Source: Acidobacteriota bacterium (GTDB lineage Bacteria > Acidobacteriota > Terriglobia > Bryobacterales > Bryobacteraceae). Taken from it: a stretch of DNA of 49,922 nt. The position numbers and the translations under genes were made by a program. The notes below the pieces were generated by a model. It did no database searches, was not told the DNA's origin, and saw only the letters and a list, made by a program, of their open reading frames with translations. Positions 27,282 through 35,766 of this stretch are shown piece by piece. Every line of letters begins with the position of its first letter. Within the stretch, counting starts at the first letter, position 1. Location: positions 1 through 49,922 of the forward strand of contig JBDTTL010000001.1 in assembly GCA_039930665.1 (NCBI GenBank). Reading direction: 5' to 3'.

Positions 27282-27908
27282 CTACCAGCGGAACCCTAAC
27301 GTCACCGGCACATAGTCGGTATGGACGTAGCGATCCATGAAAATTCGGTGGTAACGCGCTTCTGCAAAGATCTTGCCATGCCATTTCGTGCCGAACGCGA
27401 TACCTACACCACCGTTGACGCCCGGCTTGTTTACCGTGTACGAGGATAAAACTTCAGTTGTAGGCACGGCCGCCGGGTAGAATCCAAAAAATGGATCAAA
27501 AGCGGTAAATGTGGCGATACCCGGCTGCGTGAATTCCTGGGTTCGATGATACAACCCGCCACCCCCGATCAGATATAGATCGAAGTGGCCCCGCGGAGTC
27601 AGGTGAACGATCGGATCCAGAGTGGCCGAGAAGACATTGACGTTTCCGCCGGGAAACCCTACGGCATTTAGCGTAGTCCCATTTATCCCAAACCGATTGT
27701 AGTCGAGCTGGATCATGGCACCCACATACTGCGAGAAATTTACGCCGAATCCGCCCCCGATATTCCATCCCTCATCCAAGTGTCTTCCGGTGTTGCCCAC
27801 AGGCGTAGTGAATCCTCCGCCCAGATCAAACGAGAACCTCGGAACCTCTTGCGCGTTCACGACCCCCGCGAATAGTAAGCCAATACATGCTGATGTAAAA
27901 CGTGTCAT
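27282..27908 (-). CDS. outer-membrane beta-barrel protein (porin family)
   Basis: 208-aa ORF. It has signal peptide MTRFTSACIGLLFAGVVNA, Gly/aromatic-rich alternating strands and a C-terminal ...YVPVTLGFRW. Confidence 0.8.
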   Translation of the reverse strand: MTRFTSACIGLLFAGVVNAQEVPRFSFDLGGGFTTPVGNTGRHLDEGWNIGGGFGVNFSQYVGAMIQLDYNRFGINGTTLNAVGFPGGNVNVFSATLDPIVHLTPRGHFDLYLIGGGGLYHRTQEFTQPGIATFTAFDPFFGFYPAAVPTTEVLSSYTVNKPGVNGGVGIAFGTKWHGKIFAEARYHRIFMDRYVHTDYVPVTLGFRW

Positions 27909-28245
27909 TTTAACTCCCTCTGCTTAGCTAGACTGTTCACCGGCCGACTTGTTTCGCCGTTTTTTACGTTCGAGGGCTCTTACTCGTTCGAACTTGGGGC
28001 CCCTTGGAGTAGTGCGTAACGTCATGGGCAACGATTTCTCGGACCGCTTCTTTGACAGCACGCTTTACAGCGTCTTTTCACGCTGTCCTGCAGCTGGTCG
28101 GGATCCACTGGGACCTCGAGCGGGTCGCTACTCGGCCAACAACCGAATGCTCCAGCGACCAACGCACATCAAAAAAAACGAGAGCCCAATTCAGCTTTGC
28201 TCCCGTTCCTCTTGCGCCTCAATGCGCCACGCGGCCAAACGGCAA

Positions 28246-28743
28246 TTAGGCCGCCGCTTTTAGCCCAGGGCTATGTACTGTGAGGTCACGTTCCTTAATG
28301 CGCGCCTGGACTGAGCGTCGCGCACGCAATAACCGAATTCGAACCGCGGTGTAACTGATCCCCTGCTTACGGGCGATTTCTTCAATTGGATAACCGTGCA
28401 AATAATCCTCGAACAATTGCCGGTCACTGGGACGGCACCAGGTTAAAAATCGCTGCAGGTCGATCGCGCCCAGGTTGAAATCTCCACCGGTAGGCAATTC
28501 CGTCAGAGGTAACTGATGGCTCTCGGAGCGAAGTAAACTCCGATAGCAATTGAGCGCGATGGTATTCACCCACGTTGTCACGACGCTCTCATTCCGAAGT
28601 TGATTGATGCGTTCCCATCCCTTCGCCCACGCCGCCTGCGCTGCTTCCCGCGCGCATTCACTTCTGGCACCACGCGAAAGCAGCAGCCGAATGGTCTGAT
28701 TGAACCCCCGCTGGTATGCCTGTCCATATGCTTCTACTGTCAT
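28246..28743 (-). CDS. ECF-type sigma-70 family RNA polymerase sigma factor
   Basis: 165-aa ORF. Region 2 is ...AQAAWAKGWERINQLRNESVVTTWVNTIALNCYRS. Region 4 is ...DRQLFEDYLHGYPIEEIARKQGISYTAVRIRLLRARRSV. Confidence 0.85.
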   Translation of the reverse strand: MTVEAYGQAYQRGFNQTIRLLLSRGARSECAREAAQAAWAKGWERINQLRNESVVTTWVNTIALNCYRSLLRSESHQLPLTELPTGGDFNLGAIDLQRFLTWCRPSDRQLFEDYLHGYPIEEIARKQGISYTAVRIRLLRARRSVQARIKERDLTVHSPGLKAAA

Positions 28744-28981
28744 TACTAGGGAACTCCTCGCGGCCTAGTACTGCACTTGGAAGTCCACGCCTATGTACTT
28801 CTAGGTAGGCAGCTATTTGCCTGGGTGCCGAAAGATCTGCACGGTCACGGTGCATCGATTGGCAGAAGGTGCATCGGCGGCGAGGTACCGGCGATCCATA
28901 AGCTCTTTCGGGTCAACCATCAACTGATACGGCATTTCGAGTGCTTTTATTCGAGCGAGGCTGGACGCCGAGGAGGGATCT

Positions 28982-29017
28982 TTAAAGTACCTGGCGCATT
29001 AAAGTACCTGGCGCATT
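28982..29017. repeat. perfect 17-bp tandem duplication
   Basis: TTAAAGTACCTGGCGCA occurs at 28982-28998 and again at 28999-29015, followed by TT. It lies in the non-coding gap between the ECF sigma gene and the sigma-54 activator pseudogene. Confidence 0.9.
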
Positions 29018-29246
29018 GATTTTCATGGTGCTTGGGGTCAGCGGAATTGCACGAGGTGGCGTGGGCTAACTGGCCGGACCTGGCATCGGCCATTTGATCG
29101 TATGCATGCCATTCCCCTTGAACCGGCCAACCCGCAGACGATGTTTTCTCCCTGCACACGGAGTTGAGGACTACTGGAAGCACTGAGGAAGTACGATTCA
29201 TGGCATCCCCGGTTTACAGGGGTGCCTGGTTCGCAAGACCTGCCTG

Positions 29247-30722
29247 TCAACTGGCGCGCTGCTGTTCCAGTCGGGTTTGATCCTCCGCCTGTCTATTGCG
29301 AAGCTCGTTGATACGGTTCTGGAGTGTCCGGAGGCTGATGCCGAGTATTGCCGCCGCATTCTTCCGGTTCTGATTCACGTGTTTCAATGTGAGCTGGATA
29401 AAAGCAGATTCAACGACCGACAAGGGGATCCCGGGCCGCAGGGTGAGAGATCCAGCAGCATTCTCTTGAATCTTGTTCGGATTCCCTTCTACCACCGGAG
29501 CGGCTACGGGATGGGTTTTCGCATCGAGTTGAACATGCTCCAGAGAGATGGTTCCAGACCCTGCGAGAATTCCGGCGCGCTCCATCACATTTCGAAGTTC
29601 ACGCACGTTTCCTGGCCAGTGATATTCCCGTAAACGCTCCAAGACTTGTGGACTGATGGGAGTGATTCTCGTTCCGTGCTTCTCATTCAGTATGGGAATC
29701 ATCGCTTCGGACAGCAGGGGAATGTCTTCCACCCGATTCCGCAAAGCCGGGAGATCGATCTGAAAAACATTCAAACGGTAATACAGGTCTTCACGAAGCT
29801 TATTATTGTCCCTTAGCGCTTCCTCGGGAGGGCGATTGGAAGCGGCGATCAACCGAATGTCGATGGACATCTCAGCTTTTCCACCCAATCGACGGATGCG
29901 TCTCTCTTCGAGCGCGCGCAAGAGTTTCGACTGGGTCGTCAAAGGCATCTCGGTAATTTCATCCAGGAACATTGTGCCGCCATGGGCCTACTCGAAACAG
30001 CCTGGGCGACTTTCAATAGCGCCGGTGAACGCGCCTTTGTCGTGTCCGAACAGCTCACTTTCAATAAGAGTTTCGGGAAGCGCCGCGCAATTCACGGCGA
30101 CAAATGGATGGCCGGAACGGCAGCTCAACGCATAAATCTCACGAGCGGCGAGTTCCTTCCCCGTGCCGCTTTCACCGGTAAGCAGTATTGAAACATTACT
30201 GGGCGCAGCGCGGCGGATAAGGGAGAAGACTCCTTGCATGGCCCGGGATCGCCCCGCGAGTCGGCCTAAGGTACCGCGCAGCACTAAATCCCGTTTCAAC
30301 GTTTCAGCTTCGCGAATGAGCCGGCTGTGTTGAATTGCGCGTCGCAGCAGAGAATGGAGGGCCCCGAGTTTCACCGGCTTCTCCAAAAACCAATAGGCAT
30401 CCAGATCGCGAATCACCGACAAGGCTTTCTCGACGCTTCCGAATCCAGTGAGAACGATGGCGGGTATGGTTTTCCCTCTTTCTCTGAGGGTGCGCAACAA
30501 CTCAAACCCGTCCATTCGCGGCATTACGAGGTCAGTGATAATGACATCCGGGAGCCAGGATGATTCCACTTTATCGAGTGTCTGTTTTCCATCGCCCACG
30601 GTGGCGGTTTCGAAGCCTTGATCCGAAAGAGCCTTCGCCAGGTCCTCCAGCAACTGGGCTTGATCGTCAACTATTAGGACCCGCCCCAGATTCGCGGGGA
30701 CGGGATTCGATTGATCGGTCAT
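29247..30722 (-). pseudogene. sigma-54-dependent Fis-family activator (paralogue of 21552-23063) with in-frame TAG
   Basis: Track ORFs 29988-30722 and 29247-29972 are in the same frame, joined as ...GHDKGAFTGAIESRPGCFE-TAG(29988-29990)-AHGGTMFLDEITEM.... The stop falls inside the conserved GxFExAxGGTLFLDEI motif of the AAA+ domain. Receiver, Walker A (GESGTGKE) and Fis HTH are all present. Confidence 0.85.
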
Positions 30723-30765
30723 ACTTTGTCTCGGCGCTCCGAACTAAGAGTGCAACCGCGCGAGG

Positions 30766-31041
30766 CTATGCGGCCTGACCTGCGCTAATGTATTCGTCAA
30801 GAGCACGGTCCAACCGATCGACTCGCAAATTCAGATCTTGAATGCGGGTGGCGAACAATTGGTTATTGTGTGGAGGGCGAGATTCTAACCTACTGCGCAG
30901 CCGCTGCTCTAAAGACCGAATCCCCACCAGCTCCTCTGCGATCCATGACATTGTTACCAACATTATTGGGCTCTGTTGTTTTGTTGAATTTTTTCTAGGC
31001 GCATTCATGAGATGACTGCTGCATCTCGATTTCCAAACCAC
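30766..31041 (-). CDS. hypothetical coiled-coil protein (doubtful)
   Basis: 91-aa ORF upstream of the activator pseudogene, with a possible internal start MSWIAEELVGIRSLEQRLRSRLE.... No family recognised. Confidence 0.3.
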   Translation of the reverse strand: MVWKSRCSSHLMNAPRKNSTKQQSPIMLVTMSWIAEELVGIRSLEQRLRSRLESRPPHNNQLFATRIQDLNLRVDRLDRALDEYISAGQAA

Positions 31042-31291
31042 GGCGCAGGCGGTAACGGCCTAAGTTTTCCGACGGGACGTACGAGGGTGGAACATCCGAA
31101 CCTTAATATACCCTCCCTTTCAAGTTACCGGAGTCCGCTCGATGCATCTTCTGCACTATCGACGTTGTCAGAATTGCCATCGCACAACGTTGAGGGGAGG
31201 ATTCATCCATTTAAGACCCCGCCGTTAGCGCATCTGACCGCTCGGTGGCGCCCAACCCGCTGGCGTGGCCTTTGAACTGCCACAAGATCAT

Positions 31292-31317
31292 GGAGTCGGC
31301 CTTTTTGGGCCGACTCC
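31292..31317 (+). promoter_or_regulatory. perfect 10-bp-stem hairpin in the csbD-like leader
   Basis: GGAGTCGGCC-tttttg-GGCCGACTCC ends 21 nt before the csbD-like ATG. No flanking U-tract on either strand. Confidence 0.4.
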
Positions 31318-31338
31318 GCAAGAAGAAAGGATACTCCG

Positions 31339-31560
31339 ATGAATTGGGAACAAATCGAAGGCAAGTGGAAGCAGCTCCAGGGTTCAGCAAAACAACAATG
31401 GGGAAAGCTGACCGACGACGACATCGAATATATCAGCGGATCAAAAGATAAGCTATTGGGAAAACTACAAGAGCGCTATGGGATCGAAAAGGAAGAGGCT
31501 CAAAATCGAGCGAACGATTGGCTGAATAATATGCCTCAGGAAACGCACTCCCCCCGATAG
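31339..31560 (+). CDS. CsbD family general stress protein
   Basis: 73-aa ORF MNWEQIEGKWKQLQGSAKQQWGKLTDDDIEYISGSKDKLLGKLQERYGIEKEEAQ... is the canonical CsbD pattern. Confidence 0.9.
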   Translation: MNWEQIEGKWKQLQGSAKQQWGKLTDDDIEYISGSKDKLLGKLQERYGIEKEEAQNRANDWLNNMPQETHSPR

Positions 31561-31574
31561 AAATTTCCTCCCTT

Positions 31575-31604
31575 GGGCGAGGACCAAACGTTCTCGCCCT
31601 TTCC
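31575..31604 (+). terminator. putative intrinsic terminator after the csbD-like gene
   Basis: 7-bp stem GGGCGAG / CTCGCCC with an 11-nt loop, followed by a short TTTCC tract. Confidence 0.45.
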
Positions 31605-31680
31605 TAAATGATCCGCGCCAGCGATTCTGACAGCCTTGAGCAAAAATTGCTCCGAAGTATTTGCTCATCCCTAGCCTAAC

Positions 31681-31695
31681 TGGCACGCGACGAGC
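31681..31695 (+). promoter_or_regulatory. partial sigma-54 -24/-12 motif upstream of gene 31827
   Basis: TGGCACGcgacGAGC has a perfect -24 (TGGCACG) and correctly spaced GC, but the -12 is GAGC rather than TTGC. It lies 132 nt before the ATG at 31827. Confidence 0.3.
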
Positions 31696-31826
31696 GATGC
31701 TATGGCGGCGTAAGTTCCTGTAATCAGGCCCTATCCGCATCTGAAGCAGATGGCCATCCAGTTGCCCCTGGAGTTGTGTAGCTCGGCATGGAAGTCGGCT
31801 GCGCACGAAAAGGAGACTTAAGGACA

Positions 31827-32654
31827 ATGAAAAATTACTTAAAGCGAATTGCCCTGGTGGCAGTCGTGGGATTGGCCGGTGCTGGTATTGTCGCGGCGGA
31901 CCAATGGGATAAGAAGACTATCATCACAACCGACGAAACTATGCAACTGCCCAACATGACATTGCAACCGGGCACTTATGTGATTAAGCTTGCCAGCTCG
32001 CAAGCCAATCGTCACATCGTCCAGTTTTTCGACAAAGACGAACGGCATTTAGTCACCACGGTTCTCGCGATTCCCAATGAACGGCTTCAACCTACGGGAA
32101 AAAGTGTTTTCGCATTTTGGGAAGTCCCTGCAGGCCAACCCAAGGCGCTTCGCGCATGGTTCTACCCTGGAGATAACTTCGGCCAGGAATTCGCCTATCC
32201 GAAAACCGAAGCATCCCAGATCATGGCAACTAACGCAGGTGCGAATGTGCCGATAAACGATGAAAAATCCGCAGATCTGGACGCCTCTGCCACGGATAAA
32301 GATAAAGACAACGATAACGCCAGAAACAAGGAAACCACCACATCAGTTGCCGTGGCCGAACCTACCCGAGCGCCAGCCTCGGTCGAAACAACAACTCAGA
32401 CGGCTCAAGAAAGAGCCCCTTCCGATATCGCCCAGGCTCAGCAAGCTCCTCCGCCCCCCGCATTGACGCAGGACAGGCAGTATGCTGCTCCTGTTGATAA
32501 TAGTGATCGGGGTGGTACCCAGCGTCTAACCGCGCAGACCACGACGCCGGAAAGCCTTCCTGCGACTGCCTCTAACTTGCCACTATTTGCACTCATTGGC
32601 TTGCTTTCAATCGCATGTGCCGTGGCGCTGAAGTTTGCTGACCACCGCAGCTAG
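31827..32654 (+). CDS. secreted protein with low-complexity linker and LPATAS/TM/basic C-terminal tail
   Basis: Internal ATG at 31827 of track ORF 31788-32654. It has signal peptide MKNYLKRIALVAVVGLAGAGIVAA, a ~130-aa globular domain and a D/K/T/Q/P-rich linker. The C-terminus is LPATASNLPLFALIGLLSIACAVALKFADHRS*. Confidence 0.8.
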   Translation: MKNYLKRIALVAVVGLAGAGIVAADQWDKKTIITTDETMQLPNMTLQPGTYVIKLASSQANRHIVQFFDKDERHLVTTVLAIPNERLQPTGKSVFAFWEVPAGQPKALRAWFYPGDNFGQEFAYPKTEASQIMATNAGANVPINDEKSADLDASATDKDKDNDNARNKETTTSVAVAEPTRAPASVETTTQTAQERAPSDIAQAQQAPPPPALTQDRQYAAPVDNSDRGGTQRLTAQTTTPESLPATASNLPLFALIGLLSIACAVALKFADHRS

Positions 32655-32731
32655 GAGCAGCGAACGTAGTTTAAAACCGAGGGGCAGGCGGCTTCGCAAC
32701 CGCTTGCCTCAGTTCGAAATGAGTTGACGTC

Positions 32732-33652
32732 ATGTTCTTGTCTAAAGGTTTAGTGTTGACAACAGCAGTGACCGCGTTCCTCCTTGGTCAATCCCCGTCA
32801 GATCAAACGGAGGATCCCAATTTTACTCTCCACGCCTCGAGCCAGCTGGTCGTCTTGACCGTAGGGGTGCAAGATTCCCGCGGCATGAATATAAAGGGAC
32901 TAACCCCGCAGGACTTCAAGATCTATGAAGACGGCCGCCCGCAGACGATTAAGCAGTTTGCCGCTGACGAACGGCCCGTTACGGTGGGCATTGTGCTGGA
33001 TGCCAGCGGAAGCATGCGCACAAATCAGCGCGAGGTGATCACAGCCGCTCTAGATTTCGTCAATGCAAGCAATCCGGATGATGAGAGCTTCGTCGTCACT
33101 TTCAACGATCGTGCAGAACTGGGGCTACCGTCTGATACGCAGTTTTCAGGCGATGCAGAGCAGCTAAGGAATGCCCTCTACGGGCGAGTACCCGAGGGGA
33201 AAACGGCTCTTTATGACGCCCTGGCTCTAGCGGCTGAACATCTCGTCAAGGGCAAATGGGAAAACAAAGTCCTGTTATTGATCAGCGATGGCGGGGATAA
33301 CAACAGCACGCATACTTTCAACGAGAGCGTTCGGGCCCTTGAGATGGCTGGGGCCGCAGTCTATTCGATCGGGCTTTTCGACCCAAATGAGCCCGAGCAC
33401 AACCTGGGACTCCTCCGGCGCCTTTCAAAAATCACTGGAGGCGAATCCTTCGCCCCGATGGACGTCTCCGAGGTGGGTTCTTTTTGTCTGAAGATCGCGG
33501 AAGACATCCGCGCAAGTTACATTCTTGCGTACACTCCGCCTCAGCCCGATCAACACTCGGCCTCGCGGAAAATCAAAGTGGTTGCGACTTCACCAGCGGG
33601 AGGCCGACTCACAATCCACGCCCGAACCACCTACATATTGCCCGAGCGATAG
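32732..33652 (+). CDS. VWA domain protein (acidobacterial VWFA-related, TIGR03436-like), paralogue of 26265-27275
   Basis: 306-aa ORF with FKIYEDGRPQTIKQFAADERPVTVGIVLDASGSM...GKTALYDAL...KVLLLISDGGDNNS...AAVYSIGLF. Confidence 0.85.
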   Translation: MFLSKGLVLTTAVTAFLLGQSPSDQTEDPNFTLHASSQLVVLTVGVQDSRGMNIKGLTPQDFKIYEDGRPQTIKQFAADERPVTVGIVLDASGSMRTNQREVITAALDFVNASNPDDESFVVTFNDRAELGLPSDTQFSGDAEQLRNALYGRVPEGKTALYDALALAAEHLVKGKWENKVLLLISDGGDNNSTHTFNESVRALEMAGAAVYSIGLFDPNEPEHNLGLLRRLSKITGGESFAPMDVSEVGSFCLKIAEDIRASYILAYTPPQPDQHSASRKIKVVATSPAGGRLTIHARTTYILPER

Positions 33653-33656
33653 ATTC

Positions 33657-33974
33657 TTACTTGACCGCGGAATGCAATTCCTGCATGACAAGCTGCAGTT
33701 TTTGGTTACTTGCTTTCGCTATCGCGGGAATTTCCATTTGAGCGTTCAGGGCTGCGGTCGTTCTGAGCGGGGGCGTCTCCGGCGCCCAGCAATCGGCCGA
33801 TTCATCTAGGGCCGAACAGTGTAACTCAAAAACGTTCCGAATCGCATCCGCAATTGTATCAATCGCATGAGACCGCCGGGCACCGGGCGTTGCGCATTGA
33901 GGTGCGCTGATATTAGCGGAAAAAATCGCATGCGCCGCCATGTACGACGCCCGTTCAAGCTGCTTTGCGTTCAT
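33657..33974 (-). CDS. hypothetical 105-aa protein, candidate sigma-54-dependent gene
   Basis: ORF with AAGGAG 5-6 nt before the ATG at 33972-33974. A strong -24/-12 motif sits 44 nt upstream. No family recognised. Confidence 0.5.
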   Translation of the reverse strand: MNAKQLERASYMAAHAIFSANISAPQCATPGARRSHAIDTIADAIRNVFELHCSALDESADCWAPETPPLRTTAALNAQMEIPAIAKASNQKLQLVMQELHSAVK

Positions 33975-34017
33975 GGGATCTCCTTAAAAAACGGTGGCTC
34001 TATGGACTACTTTTAGT

Positions 34018-34032
34018 GCATCCAACGTGCCA
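34018..34032 (-). promoter_or_regulatory. sigma-54 promoter (-24/-12) candidate
   Basis: The minus strand reads TGGCACGttggATGCA against the consensus TGGCACG-N4-TTGCW, with only one core mismatch. The predicted 5' UTR of about 30 nt contains the AAGGAG RBS of gene 33657-33974. Confidence 0.55.
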
Positions 34033-34152
34033 GAAAAGACCCCCATGAAGGTCCGCTAGCGCCTGGGGTTCCGGTCTCGGTAGTAATCGTGATAATGGCG
34101 TCCATCACGCATGACGCCAAGGTCCGCGATGCCAGCTTGCATAGCTGGTGGA

Positions 34153-34413
34153 TCATCCGAGGCGCGCGCCGCCCCGAGTGTCCGAATCACAAAAATTGCG
34201 GTCGCCGTTTACGGAAGCGCAATGAATAATCCGCTGTTGAGCTTTCATTCGAGGAATGAGACAAATGGCAAGACCGGTAAATGCAGCCGCACCGAGTAAA
34301 AACCGCCGGATCGTCTGACGCTTCCTAAAGTCTGCATGCTTCAAAGTCCGCGGGAATACCCGCGTATCCGTCAGAGTCCGTTCGGGAAAGTTCGTTTCCA
34401 GCAGGCGCCGCAT
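34153..34413 (-). pseudogene. truncated DUF3011-like secreted protein
   Basis: The ORF gives a signal-like RRFLLGAAAFTGLAICLIP followed by QQRIIHCASVNGDRNFCDSDTRGGARLG*. This matches only the first ~30 aa of the Cys-rich DUF3011 repeat (..C.S.dg.rn.C.aDTRGGVRL...). The remainder is missing or out of frame. Confidence 0.4.
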
Positions 34414-34464
34414 CGTAAACGGCTAGCGAACTGCATCGCTAACCGGAGGAGCCTATTGGGGGAG

Positions 34465-35124
34465 ATGTCTTTCTATGCGGGTATTGCTATCGTCTTGACC
34501 GCGGCATGTACGGTTTCGGCTCAAGCCGACCAACCATCGACAGTGGATTCCGCGAACGCTCGTGCGTTATTTCCCCCGCCCCGCAGTGCGTTTACCTGGG
34601 AGGACCGGTTTCGTTGGATCGAAAACGGCACTCTGGGCAGGAAGAACGTGGCCGCAGGGTTGTTCGTCTCAGGAATCCAAACTTGGAGAAACGAGCCGGA
34701 AACGTACGGTCCGCATTGGGATGGCTATGGGAAACGCTACGGTTCAAGGCTTGTCGTGGGTGCCACGAGTAACACCATCGAAGCCGCATTCGGAGGCCTT
34801 TGGGGAGAAGATCCTCGATATTACCGGGCCGCGGGACAGCCCGTGAGTGCTCGCATTCGCCACGTCGTAAAAATGGCCTTTTTCACTCACAACGAAGCCG
34901 GCGGCTACCGTCCCGCCTATGCCCGGTACATAGCAGTTCCAGGAGGAATTCTGGTGTCGAACACCTGGCGGCCGGATTCGCCTTCCACCACTAGCCACGT
35001 CTCACTTCAGGTCGGATTGGGATTCGTCAGCCGTATCGTAAGCAACGCCTTTTCTGAATTTATCCCCGACGTTCTCAATCGTCGGGGGCAACGCCCAACG
35101 TCATCAGCGCCGGACGTCCCTTAG
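34465..35124 (+). CDS. secreted hypothetical protein
   Basis: Internal ATG at 34465 (GGGGGAG RBS) of track ORF 34336-35124. Signal peptide MSFYAGIAIVLTAACTVSAQA. No family recognised. Confidence 0.7.
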   Translation: MSFYAGIAIVLTAACTVSAQADQPSTVDSANARALFPPPRSAFTWEDRFRWIENGTLGRKNVAAGLFVSGIQTWRNEPETYGPHWDGYGKRYGSRLVVGATSNTIEAAFGGLWGEDPRYYRAAGQPVSARIRHVVKMAFFTHNEAGGYRPAYARYIAVPGGILVSNTWRPDSPSTTSHVSLQVGLGFVSRIVSNAFSEFIPDVLNRRGQRPTSSAPDVP

Positions 35125-35137
35125 CGGGCTGTAAACG

Positions 35138-35710
35138 ATGTCTAGCAAAATTCATTCATCGTTAGCGCCGCAAGCAGAGTCCGCCGACGCTCAATCAAAG
35201 CGAAACATTCAAGCCGTCTCTCAACTTGAATTCCAAGCGTTGGAGCGCAGAAGCCGGGGCGAAAAAATAAGCGACACCATTGTGTACCTGGGCGGGCGTA
35301 TGTGGGTAATAGTGCTGCACGCAATTTGGTTTGGCACCTGGGTCGTATGGAATTTAAGTCAAAAGCCTGGATTGAAAGCGTTCGATCCTTTCCCTTTTCC
35401 CGCGCTCGCAACAGCTGTATCGCTAGAAGCTATTTTCTTGTCCCTATTCATTCTGGTCAGTCAAAACCGAGCGAGTCGACGGGCTGATGAGCGCGCCCAT
35501 CTTGATCTGCAGGTAAATCTGCTAGCCGAGCGCGAGGCGACTAAGGTCTTGCACTTGGTGAAGGCGCTCTGCGTACGTCTTGAAATTAAAGAGGCTTCCG
35601 ACATGGAAGTCACACAACTACTGAAGGAAACTCAACCCGCCGACATCGCCTCACAACTCGAACAGGAGCTTCCGTCGGAAACAAACCCGAAACAGGGAGG
35701 CCCCGGATGA
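35138..35710 (+). CDS. DUF1003 domain membrane protein
   Basis: 190-aa ORF. It has two TM helices and the signature FDPFPFPALATAVSLEAIFLSLFILVSQNRASRRADERAHLDLQVNLLAEREATKVL. Confidence 0.85.
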   Translation: MSSKIHSSLAPQAESADAQSKRNIQAVSQLEFQALERRSRGEKISDTIVYLGGRMWVIVLHAIWFGTWVVWNLSQKPGLKAFDPFPFPALATAVSLEAIFLSLFILVSQNRASRRADERAHLDLQVNLLAEREATKVLHLVKALCVRLEIKEASDMEVTQLLKETQPADIASQLEQELPSETNPKQGGPG

Positions 35711-35766
35711 CTCTAACTAGCGAACAGACCGGGCTGTGGCCCATTCCTTAATTGGGGGACTAGAAC

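Noticed and set aside
27930-28245. Expected anti-sigma factor gene downstream of the ECF sigma gene 28246-28743
   Set aside because: All three minus-strand frames are broken by stops. There is only an A8/T8 run (28171-28178) and short pieces without a zf-HC2 or TM pattern, so I cannot support a gene. Similarly, the region downstream of the other ECF sigma (23692) holds only a nucleotidyltransferase-like remnant.
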